A stretch of 64,000 nucleotides of DNA, from the NCBI GenBank assembly GCA_004431415.1, contig QPMI01000572.1:124001-188000 (forward strand), read 5' to 3'. Shown here in pieces: positions 51,501-62,455 of the stretch; positions within the stretch are counted from its first letter, which is position 1, and each line of letters starts with the position of its first letter. The position numbers were made by a program, and so were the translations under genes. The notes beneath the pieces were generated by a model. The model made no database searches and was not told where the DNA came from. It was given only the letters and a program-made list of their open reading frames with translations. This DNA comes from Cyanophora paradoxa CCMP329. Lineage: Eukaryota; Plantae; Glaucophyta.

Positions 51501-54500
51501 CGCGGCGAGCGCCATTGCCGCCTCCGCCTCCGCCGCCTCCTCCGCCTCCACCCCTTCCTCCACCACCCCTTCATCCCCCTCCTCTTCCTCCTCCTCGGCG
51601 TCGGCCTCGAGGTCCCACACGTGAATCCAGGACCTGCGCGCGCTCCCAGTGAGAACAGGGCGCAGGAGAAGAAGAAGGACGCTTTGAGGGCGGGTTGCGG
51701 GCCACTGGGAGCCGGTGGCGGCGTAGCGGCCGCAGGGGCTCAGCGCGAGGCACGTCGGCTGGCTGCTGCTCCCCGAGACCGCCAGCGGGCGCGGCCCGGG
51801 GCCGCTTTCGTCCGGGTCCTCCGGGACCGGCGGGTCCGGGAAGGGGTCCCCGGGGCCCGGGATCTCGAGGGGCTCCCACGCGCAGGCCGCCTCCGAGGCG
51901 TCCCACAGGGAGACCGCCCCGTCCTCGCCGGCCGAGCAGAGCTGAGCGGGGGCGCCGGGCGGCCCCGGGCGGAAAGCGACGCAGCGGACCGAGTTGGCGT
52001 GGAGGCCGACGCGGGCGGCGCGGGCGGCGAGGGGCCCCTCGGGGGGCACGGGCCCCGGGGCGAGCTCGAGCAGCCAGAGGCCGCCGCCCGTGTCGGCGGC
52101 GGCGAGGCGGAGGCCGTCCGAAGAGACGGCGAGGGCGGCGCCCCAGGTCTCCCCGCCCGCCCCGCCGGCACCGGCACGCGCCGCCGCGGGCCCGGCAGCG
52201 GCAGCGGGCCGCCCCCGCCGCCCCCGCCGGCCTGGGGCAGGCCCAGATGAAGAGCTCGCCCTCGGCGCAGGCGGCGGCGAGGGCGGCGCGCCCGGCGGCG
52301 ACCTCGACGACGTGCGAGGGAAGGCCTGCGTCCCGCCAGGCCGCCTCCGCCCCTCGGGCGAGGCGGAGGAAGAGGCGGGGGCGGGGAAGAGGGCGACCGA
52401 GCGGTCCTCGCCCCCGCAGAAGAGCCCCGCGCCGTCGGGCGCCCACGCGACGCTCAGGCAGCCGGCCGCCGAGCCGAGCGAGCCCGGCGGGTCCCGCGGG
52501 TTGCCCCGAGCTTCCGCGGCGCGTCCCAGCGCGCCCCCGTCGCCTTCCACGCCGCCGAGGGGCCCGCCCCGCCCGTCCCCGCCGGCCAGAGGCGCACGGA
52601 GCCCTCCGCCCCCGCCGAAGCGACCAGCGCGCCGTCCGGCGAGGCCGCCACCTGCGGCGCGCGCGCGCGTTCGATTCCGGGCGGGGGCGCTTCGAAGTTC
52701 GGGCTCCCAAGGGGCGCACCTGGCGGACGGGGCACTCGTGGCAGCCGATCGGCCCGCCCCAGCGCCGCTGCGCCATCGCCTCCGGCAGGTCCCACATCTG
52801 CGAACCCCTCAGCGGCGCCGGAGGGCCGTACCCCGTCCCAACTCGATCCCCCGTACCTTGACGCGGCTCTCGTCGGTGCCGATGGCGAGGAAGGGTACCC
52901 CCGGGCGGGCCCCGAAGGCGAGGCACCGCAGCCGCTTGCCCCCCGCGTGCAGCGGCGGGGCCGCGTCGCCCGCCTCCCCGTCCTCCTGCGCGCGGCTCAG
53001 GTGAACCGGGGGGGTAGATGTAGGAAAGCGTACCCCGAGGGAGCGGAAGCGGACGCAGCCGTCGTCGCCGGCGGAGGCGAGGAGCGGCGGGCGGCCCTCG
53101 GCGGGGGGCGGCAGGAGGCAGAGCGCCGTCGCCGCCCCCGCCGCGTGCTCGCCCACCACCCGCACCTGCGCGCGCTATCTTTAGAACCTCTTCGAAGAAG
53201 GAAGCTGTACCCCCACAACTGACCAGGGAGCGGGAGGCGGAGCTCCAGAGGCGGAGGCGGCCGTCGCCGTAGGCGGCGACGAGGGGCGCCTCGCGGCCGC
53301 CGCCGGCGAAGCGGAGGGCGTTGAGGGGGCCCCAGGGCGCCTCCCCGCCCCGCGCCGGCAGCGACGCCAGGAACGACGCGTTCCGCCCGTCCCACAGGAA
53401 CGCCCGCCCGTCCTGGACCCGAGTTAGGGAGGGGCCGGGGGGCCGGGGGCAGGCGGGGGCGCGCGCGCCTTGGAGCCGGAGGCGAGGAGGGCGCCGTCGG
53501 GGGCCCAGGCGAGGCAGAGGGCGTCCTCAGCGTGGCGGAAGCGCTCCTGGGGCGCGGGCGAGTCGCCCTGGAGCCCCCGCGCGACGTCGAGCAGCCTCAC
53601 GGCGCGCCCCGCCGCCGCCGCCAGCAGCGGCGCCCCCGTCGGCGTGTGCGGCGAGAAGGCCACCGCCGCCACGTCCGAGGGCAGCGCGTGGCTGAAGAGC
53701 TCCTTCGGGGCCGGGCAGGGCGTGCCGGGCGCGCCGGCCGCTGCCACGGCGTCCACGCGGTAGACCTTGACGGTCCTGGCGAGGGGGCGCCTGAGGGCCG
53801 GCGCGGGCCGGGCGGGGCGCTGAGCGCGGCGTGCGGGCGCACTTCTTCGACGCGGCGACGAGCACGACGCTGCCGTCAGCCATGGGCGGCGAGAAGGAGA
53901 CGGAGGCGACCTTGCCGGGCCTGCCGGCGCGGCGGCCGCGGTCAGCGGCGCCGCGCGGCCGCCCCGCCGCTCCGAGCCGCGCACCAGACGGCCGTCCGCA
54001 TCTCCCCCGTCGTGCAGTTCCATATGAAGACGCCTGCGGGCGGTTCAGGCGACTGGCGCGCCGGCTGCGGGGCGCGCCTGGCCGTACCGCCGAAGTGCCC
54101 GCCGGCGAGCAGGGTCGTCGGGGACGGCGACGAGTCAACGCGATGCATGTCGAACGCGCTCACGCTCCCGGGTGTCTCGAACTCGGCGCGCAGGCCCCAG
54201 CGCGCGCCGGAGAGATTGGCGCCTTCGAGCTGAGCGCCGCTGAGGTTCACGCGCTGCAGGATGCATCGTGAGAGGTCTGCGCCCCTCAGGTCGCAGCTGC
54301 GCGGGCGAGCGGCGTCAGGCTTCACGGGTGCATCGGGTGGTCCGCTCACCCCTGCAGGCGCGCTCCGGTGAGATCGGCGCCGCTGAGGCGGACTCCCGAG
54401 AGGTCACAGCCGGCGAGCGGAACGCCGTCGCGCGCGATCGACTCTGCGGCGGCCCTGGCGGCCTGGAGCGCGACCTCCGATTGCTCGTGCTTGCTCCACC

Positions 54501-54546
54501 GCACGAGCGCGACGAGCGGCTGTTGGCCATTCGCGCCTCCGCTCAT
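42562..54546 (-). CDS. Pentapeptide-repeat, WD40 and long ankyrin-repeat fusion protein (no NACHT domain)
   Basis: ATG at 54546: MSGGANGQQPLVALVRWSK...AARAAAESIARDGVPLAGCDLSGVRLSGADLTGARLQG-CDLRGADLS. WD40 repeats (WAPDGALLASGS, SVRCVAFRP, SAGEDGAVSLWD, TGGSDHGVALWE). Cap AEGASLEGARLDDD|MALTVLLQRGA is joined in frame via phase-0 introns to more than 20 ankyrin repeats (GYTPLVWAARYG, GWTALSWGAREG, GVTPLMIACQKG, GRTALMVACQRG). 3' end uncertain. Confidence 0.7.
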
Positions 54547-54635
54547 CGCGGCAACAGCTGGAGCTCGAGACCGCTCGCGCTTTCGCACAAGGAGCACCGA
54601 GCCGGGGTACGTATACCGTTGACAGGCTCACCGTC
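54547..54635. promoter_or_regulatory. Putative very short bidirectional promoter (WD40-ankyrin gene / F-box gene)
   Basis: 89 bp between divergent ATGs at 54546 (-) and 54636 (+). Positional inference only. Confidence 0.45.
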
Positions 54636-56333
54636 ATGCAGGAGGAGGACGCAGGCGGATGCTGCGCTCTCGCCCTCCCCGACGAGCTCCTGCAGCTTGC
54701 GCTCCTCCGCGTCGGCGCCGTCAAGCATGTCTGGCCTCTCCGCGGCGTGTGCTCGCGGTGGAAGCGCGCAGTGGAGGAAATCGAATGGCACTCGTTGGCA
54801 ATCGACGCGACGAGCGCGGACCATTTGCAGCCGCTGTCAAGTTTCGTGCGCACTCGATCACTGCGGCTCGCCAGCGGCGCGAAACTGGTTTTGCCATGCG
54901 ATGCTCGCGCTGGAGTCGCTTCGGCAGCGTCCCTGATTGAGGCTTGCTCGAGTTCTGGGCTGGGCGAGCTTTCTATTCAGATGTCGTTCGGCGCCGACGA
55001 AATCCCGGGCGAGGAGCTCGAGCAGTGCGTACACGACATCCTGCGGGCTGCAAGGGAGAACGATGGGCGTTGCCTCCGTGTCCTCTGCATCGACGCCGGC
55101 AAGATAAGGACCTCGACCCCGTGCAGCGTACGCGTGCCAACTCCCGCGCGGCCGCGGCCGGCCAGCTTCTTCTCTAGCCTTGTCTGAATAACTGAGCCTG
55201 TCGGCCGTGGCGCAGATCGACGCCGGAGCACTCCTCGAGCTGCTGCGGCCGCACGCGCTCCTCGAGAGCCTGCAGCTGCCGTGCGCCCTCTTCCTCGGGG
55301 AGGACGCGGCCGAGGCGGTCGCCGCCTCGTGCCCCGCGATCCGTAAGCTCGCCTGCGCCTTCGAGGACGACGAGGTGCGCGTGTCCAGGTCGAATGCCCG
55401 AGCTCGAGTTTGAATTCGTCGTCGACTCCAATTTGATCCACGCGCAGGCGATGGCGCCGCTGGCGGATCTCCCGCTGGAGGAGCTGACGGTGCTCGTGGG
55501 CGGCTCGTACGGCGAGGGCGCGCTGCGCTCCTTCCTCTCCGGCCGCGCGGGGCGCGCGCTCCGCTCTATCGCTCTCTACGAGTCCGCCGCTGCAATTCTT
55601 CTTATAGGTTTTCGACCTGCACGCGTGCGATCTGAGCCGCACGCGCGCGCACACACTCGCAGCAACGGGGAGTCCAGGGATGACCCGCCCCGTTTCGATC
55701 GCGGTGCCCTGGAAGTGCTCGCTCGGCTCCCGAAGCTCCGGAATCTCGAGCACCCCTTGCCGGTGCGTGCGCGTGCGCGCTTTCTCGACGTGCGTCGCAA
55801 TGATTCTTCTCGTATCGCACTTATCATGCACATGTACATATCTCGCAGGTGTTGAGCTTTGTTACGCTCTTGGTCCGTGAGATCTTTTCCTGCTCGCGGG
55901 CCAGGGGAGTCGGGGGAGGGGTCTGACCCCCGGCCGCCGCCGTGCAGCATGAGTTTGGTTCACTTGACCGCTTCCGGGAGCTCCGCTCAGTCCACCTTCG
56001 CGTCGGAAGCCGCTTTGAACTTGAGGTCGCTTTTTTCGGTACCCTTTTCGGTCCCGCGATATTCTCATCCCGGTTCTCTGCCAACAGAGCATCGGGTTTC
56101 TCGCCGGGGCCATGGTGCAGTGGATGGAGGCGACGTCCATGGGCCAGCTGAACCTGCTGAGGCGGTTGGAGCGGGTCACCGTCTCCGCCGCCCGGAACGT
56201 GGCGCTCGCGCCCCCCGTGGACCTGTTTCTCTACAACCCCGCGCGAATCGAGCTCGTGTGGGCCGGCCAACCACCCGCCCCCTGGATGTCAACATCTACA
56301 GCTGCGCATGCAGCGACCGGACCGCACATGTGA
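54636..56333 (+). CDS. F-box protein with degenerate LRR-like repeats
   Basis: N-terminal LALPDELLQLALLRVG...LRGVCSRWKRAV is an F-box. LxxLxL units follow (LLESLQLP, IRKLAC, LEELTV, LRSIAL, LPKLRNL, FRELRSVHL). Exons splice in frame to TGA at 56331-56333. Confidence 0.75.
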
Positions 56334-56388
56334 ATGATGCACTGTACAACTCGACCCCTAGCACAGCGGACGGCTAGCGCTGAGAAGG

Positions 56389-59300
56389 CTAACGCGCGGC
56401 GGGGGCGCCCCGGTGCCAGGGCGTCCAGTCCCCGTGGAATTGCTGTGTACAAGCGTCGAGTGTTAGAGCGCGCAGGGCAGGAGCGGCCCGGCCCGTGGCG
56501 CGGGCCGCCGGGCGGGGCGGGGGCGCACGTAGGGCGAGGGGTCCCTCAGGGGGCAGACCGCCAGGGGCCCCGCCTCCAGCCTCTGCCGCCCCGCGCCGCG
56601 CCCCGGATCCGATAAGAGGCGCGGCAGAGACGCGCGCGGCTGAGGAACCGTTTGCGTACCCCGGCGTCGAAGAAGGCGAGCGAGGTGCGCGGCTCGGGGC
56701 GGGCCGCGAAGAGCAGGACGACGAGGTACCCCTCCGCCTCCCCCGTGCGGCCCGGCCGGGGTACGAAGTTCGGCTCGCCCACGAATGTGTGCGGCGGGGC
56801 GCGCCACTCGGAGTCCACCCGCCCCGCCGCCCAGTCGACCTGAGAGATCGCGTACCCCCTCAGAACTTCTGCCCTGGGCGGGCGCCAGCGCCGGCTGGGG
56901 CCCGTACCCGGCAGATGCGGACGAAGGGGAAGGGCTCGCCGTCCCTCTCGCTGGCGGGGTACCAGAGGTACCGGTAGCTCCGACCCTGCGGCGCCCGAAG
57001 CCGCCGTCGGCCGCCCCGAGCGCAGGCCGGCCCCCGCCGAGGGGGGTACGCGCACGTCAAAGGCGGGGTTGATGCAGGGGAAGTCGGGGTTGCGGCGGTC
57101 CACGTCCACAGACGACGCCGTACCCTGGCGAGGGCCGTCGGAAGGGGGGGAGAAAGGTTGTACCGCCCCGCAACAGGGGTACTCTTGCCGGACCTTCTCC
57201 GTGTCGACGGTGTAGCGGCGGAGGGCGCTCGCCATCATCCCGCGCCGGTGGACGAAGTCGAACCTGCGTACCCCCCTCAGGAGGCGCCGGCGGCGTTCCG
57301 GCGGTCCGGGGAGAAAGCGGCGCGGGGTACCCGAAATCGAAGTCGCTGGCGACGCACGCGTCGAGCACGATGCTGCGCACGCGGAGAGAGGAAAGGGGTA
57401 CGTGAGGTTTTAGGGTTCCTGCCTGGCGCTCCGCGCTGCCCCGCCCCTCTCTACTCCCCGCACCTGGGACCGTCCTCGTAGGCGTTGCAGAGGTGGAAGC
57501 TGCGCCCGGGCCCGCGCTCGGACCCTCCCCGGCTGGGCCTCGGACCGGAGGGGCGGGGTACGGGGGTACCCGAAGGCGGTGGGGACGGGGACCTCGAGGG
57601 GGCGCCGCCCCGCGCCGGCCTCCCGCGGCACCGCGTAGATCAGCGCCTGCCCCGCCCGGCGCCCCCCGGCGTTAGGCGCTCTCTCTGGAACAGAGCGGAG
57701 GGGCCGGCCGCTCGCGCCTTCTTGGTCTTGTCGACGCGGAGGGCCTGCGAGGAGGCTCTGAGAGGGGCAGACGGGGCGGCGCGGGGCGGGGCGGGGCGGC
57801 GGGCCTGGTTGATCGGGCGGGCGCCGGCGAGGGCGGCGGCGAGGGCCGGGAGCGAGACGCCCACGGGGCCCATGAAGAAGACGTAGTACTGCGCCGTATA
57901 CGTCCACATCAGCTCGGGTGGGGTGTACCCCTAAGCTCGCTTCCCCCTCCCCCGGGCGAACGTTCTCCGTGATCGTGAAGTCGTGAACGAATGACGAGAT
58001 CGGCATCTTGTGCACCTGGGCGGGGGTTACCAGACAGGTCGCGACCTAGAGTCTCGTACCCCGGGGTCCGGGGCCCGGGGTGCACGCGCGCTGACCTGCT
58101 TGGAGATGGCGTGCATGGTTCGGTCCATCTCGTAAATCACAAGCTTCCGCTCGGGGCCCGGCATCGCCCTGGGGGTACGGGGTAAACAAGAAGGGGAGAG
58201 GGAGAGGCTTGGAGATGGCATGGGGGGTACCCGAAGTTGACGAGGCGGTCCCTCCTGGTGTCGACCCTGCAGTGCGCCGAGAAGGCCTCTCTCTCCTGAC
58301 GGGGGGGCAGGGGGCGGGGGGCGGGGGTGGGGGGTACGGGTTCAGCAAGCGGGGGAGAAGGATGGAAGGATCAGCGTACCCCGATGGCACCGGAGAGGTC
58401 GTCCGGCCCGTGAGTCTCGAGGGTCGCGGGGTCGATCCGGTGCGGCCTGCCCCCTGCCCAATTCATTTAGCGGAGGGGGGGGAGGGGATGCGGTGGAGGG
58501 GTACCGCACCCTCCCAGAGGGCGTACAGGCTTCCGTTCCAGAGCACGACGTTCGTGTTCTAGGAATCGCTAGTTTAGCGGCCGGGGCGGGCCGGCGGCGA
58601 GGGGCCAAGAAGGGGAGCGGAAGGGGTACCGCGACGTTCTTGGGCCGGAAGTCGAAGGCGTTCCGAAGGACGCCCCCGGGCTTGAGTGTGCCGAACCCCC
58701 TGCGCTCGACGTCGGCGGGGCCGGCCGCGCACTGGAGGGGGGTACCGCAACGCCGACCTGTACATGACCTTCCCCGCCTCGCTCTCGACCCGGTACGCCT
58801 CCGTCTGCGGCGGCGAGGGTGAGATGCAGAAGGGCACGGAGGGAGAGAGTAGGAGAGCGGGCGCGCCTGCACGTATCTGCTGGAGAAGTGCACGCGGCCG
58901 CCGGCGACGCTGAAGCGCCGGATGAACCCGTGGCCTGCCCGGCCCCGGACCCTCGCGTTCGGATATCGATGGCGAGGCCGCGCGCGCCGCGGCGCACCGT
59001 CGAACGGATGAATCAACTGCCCGCCGATGCGCACCGATCCCGGGCCGTTCACGAACAGCGTGCCGACTGCGCGGCGCTCGAGGAAAGACGGCGCGAGCGC
59101 GCGGCGCCGCGCACCGATTTCCGGGGGCAGCGACCCCTCCACCTCGAGAAAGTAGCCTTCTTCCTCCTTCGCGTCTACGTCCCAAAGCGCTGCATAGTCG
59201 CCGCGGTCGAGCCCGTCTGCGCGCGCGCGTGAGCGCCGGACGCGTGCCCATGCGCCAAGCGTCGCAGCGCTTTCCCCGGGCGCGCGCACCGTCCGGAAAC

Positions 59301-59509
59301 TTTTCTGCGCCGTCTGCGCGTAGGCACATGCGAGCGAAACGGTCAGCGCTTCGCTGCGCGTAGGCGCATGGCGCGTGCGCACAGTGGACCCGCCGGTAAC
59401 TGTAGTAGGCGCTTAGGGCGGCTGCGGCGGCGACGGAACCGATCGCTGCTGACGACGAAGGAAGCACCTCACGCCACTGGTGCAGCGCGAACGGCGCTGA
59501 GAGCAGCAT
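56389..59509 (-). CDS. Carotenoid cleavage dioxygenase (RPE65 family; ACO/CCD7-like)
   Basis: Spliced VEGSLPPEI-GTLFVNGPG, HPFDGHG, KNVANTNVVLWNGSLYALWE, and all four Fe-binding His (FSAH, FVHDF, FHLCNAYE, QFHGDW). Also DFPCINP and GEPNFVPR..EAEGYL. TAG at 56389-56391. Confidence 0.9.
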
Positions 59510-59859
59510 TGCTCGGGCAGGACGCGTGAACTGCGGGGCTCGCCGTTCGCGGCAGGGTTCAACAGTACACGGTTTGCCCGGCCGGTAAGATGGTGCGCAC
59601 TCGGCGTCTTGCGCTCGGCGCGGTTCAGGGTCGGAGAGTCCGGCTCAGTCCGCTAGGGGGGGGGTACGCAACCGACTCTGTGCAAGCCAGTGCATCGTTG
59701 TAGGTCAGCGCCCGGTCGCCGCGCAGCATCAGCCGCTTTCTTAGGTCAGCCCGAGCGCAACCCGCGTGCCCTGCGCAACGCATCATTTGGCACACGCCAG
59801 CGCGCGCGGCCGATCGTTAGCTAGCCCCAGTTCAGTTTCGGCAGTTGCAGCTCTAAACC

Positions 59860-62127
59860 ATGGCTGCGTCGATTATTGCGGGCGCCGCCTCGCTCGTCAC
59901 GAAGATTCCGGTCGTCGGCAGCCGCATCGAGGCGGGGGCGCACTTCGTTGCGCGGCGCCTCGTTCTGGACACTATGTCGAGGCTCAAGGCCGGCTGCCTG
60001 CGCCTACAGTACCCAGACGGCACGGTCCAGACCTTTGGGGACCCCACGTGCAAGGACAGCGCGCTCACTGTCGAGCTCAAGCTGGTCCGGCCGGACAGCT
60101 TCTTCTGGCGGGTGCTCATGGATGCCGATATCGGCATTTCGGAGGCATACATGCACGGCGACTTCGAGTGCTCGGACCTCGTCGCGTTCTTCCGCGTCCT
60201 CATCGCGAACCGCGACCTGCAGGCCATCAGCGACAAGGTTCGCCCCGTCCTCGCGCCTTGCAGCGCGATGCGCAGCCGCCGCGCACGCCCACGCCCCGCC
60301 CCGCGAACCGTTGAGCCGCGCGGGGAATTTGATCCCGCCGCGCGCAGGACGTCGTGCTCTCGTTCCTCGGGCGCCTCTTCAACGGTTACATGCACAGCCG
60401 CCGGAAGAACACGCTCAGCGGCAGCGCCAAGGTGCCCGCCTGCGTGCTCGCGTGCCCGTGCAGCCGCCGATCCGCGCCCGCGCCCGCCCCGCAGAACATC
60501 CAGGACCACTACGACCTCTCGAACGACCTCTTCCGCATCTTCCTCTCCCCCGACATGACCTACTCGTGCGCAGCAGCTCCGGCCGCCCCGCGCGGCTCTC
60601 TTGCCTTCCCGCACCTGACCTCGCTGCCCGCCGCCTCAGCTGCGCGCTCTTCCGGAGCGACTCGGAGACGCTCGAGGATGGGCAGCGGAACAAGCTGCTC
60701 CACATCATCCGCAAGGTCTGCGCCGCTCTCGCCGGCCGGCCGCGCCTCCCGACCCCGACCGCGCCCCTGCCGCACGCAGGCCCGCATCTGCAAGGACGAC
60801 CACGTGCTCGAGGTCGGCTGCGGCTGGGGCTCCTTCGCCTGCCTCGCCGTCCAGACCACCGGCTGCCGCGTGCGCTCCCATCCGTCTAAGTACCCTCGAG
60901 CTCCGCCCCGTTCCCTCGCCGAGCGCCGGCGCCCGCCCGCCAGGTCACGTGCATCACCCTCTCCATCGAGCAGCTGCGCGAGGTTCGTTCGAGGCTCTCC
61001 TTCTCTTCCTTCCGGCTCCTGTTCTGACGCCCCTCCGGCAGGTCGAGGCGCGGGCGGCGGCGCTCGGCATCTCGGACCGCATCCAGGTCAAGCTCATCGA
61101 CTACCGCACCATGCAGGGCCAGGTGCGCTCTCTCAGTAAGGCGAAGAAGGTGAGAGTCGCTGACTTCCTCGCGCGCCGCGCAGTTCGACAAGGTCGTCTC
61201 GATCGAGATGCTGGAGGCGGTGGGGTACGAGTTCTACGACGCCTACTTCTCGTCCATCGACCGCCTCCTCAAGCCCGACGGCGTCGCCGTCATCCAGGCC
61301 CGAGCCTTCCCTTTCCTTTCCTTTTCCTTTTCCTTCCTTTGCGCTCCTTTTTCGGCTCATTTCCGGGGGCGCAGGTCATCACGACCCCCGACCAGCGCTT
61401 CGAGTACTACCGCCAGGTGCGCGTACCCCCCGCGGAGTGGTAAGTAAGGTGAGCTCACGCGCGGGCCGCCGCAGGGGGTAGACTTCATCCAGAAGCACAT
61501 CTTCCCGGGCTCGCTCTGCCCCTCCCTCACGTGCCTCCTCAACTCCATCACGCGCTCCTCCAACCTCATGATCCACCACCTCGAGGTCCGTACCCCTCCC
61601 CTCCCGCTTTCGGCGCAGCCGTTCGAGCTTTCGGCGCAGGACATCGGCTTCCACTACGCGCGGACGCTGCGCGAGTGGCGCCACACGTTCGAGAAGCGCA
61701 AGGACGACGTGAGCGCCCGCCGGCGCCCGCGCTCCACCCCCCGACCGCAAATGACGCCGTACCTCGCCCCAGGTCAAGGCCCTGGGTTTCAATGAGGTCT
61801 TCTTCCGCAAGTTCGTGTACTACTTCGCGTACTGCGAGGTACGTGTGTATCCCCCTTGAAATCTCCCCCCCCCGCTTCCCTCTCATATCAATTCCCGTAC
61901 CCCCGCAGGCGGGCTTCGCGACGCGGACGCTGGGCGACCTGCACCTGGTGCTCACGCGCCCCAACAACAGCGCCCTCCCCGCCTTCGGTGCCGCCGTACC
62001 CCCCTGCTCCTCCTCCCCCCTGTATGTCCCTTTACCTTCGTTCGCAGAGGAGGACGCGTGGCGCCTGCCCGAGGTGGTGGACAAGCGCATCCCCATGGCC
62101 GCCCCGCCCAAGAAGGCCGCCAAGTGA
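59860..62127 (+). CDS. cfa: Cyclopropane-fatty-acyl-phospholipid synthase family SAM-dependent methyltransferase
   Basis: [92 protein letters not shown]. TGA at 62125-62127. Confidence 0.92.
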
Positions 62128-62455
62128 TCAGCTGCAGGGGGCCGGCGGCGCGAGTCCGCCCGATCCCGTGTACGTAGCTGTAGCACGGTATTAGCACCGC
62201 TATCTTAGGTACTTTCAAACAGCACTGCAGCGCCAGCGCCAGCCGCAGGCGGGTCCAGCGAGCGGACCCAAGTATTTCCTATCTTGATCGATATCATCGA
62301 TCTTATTACGGCAAGCTTAATTGAGCTTTTCATTCCTCTCTGTACCAGCACCGTCCGCAGTCAGCAGTATTTGAATCGAACCCAGCACGTGTATTCCATA
62401 TCTCTATCAAAATGCATACGTACGTGTTTTCTACCCATACAGCTGCAGGCATCCG

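Noticed and set aside
56463-56530. Carotenoid oxygenase seemingly missing its fourth iron-binding His
   Set aside because: A final intron after SPY leads to exon QFHGDW, restoring the His.
56389-62127. CCD plus cyclopropane synthase as a biosynthetic gene cluster
   Set aside because: No known shared pathway, and head-to-head pairing is the default arrangement in this window.
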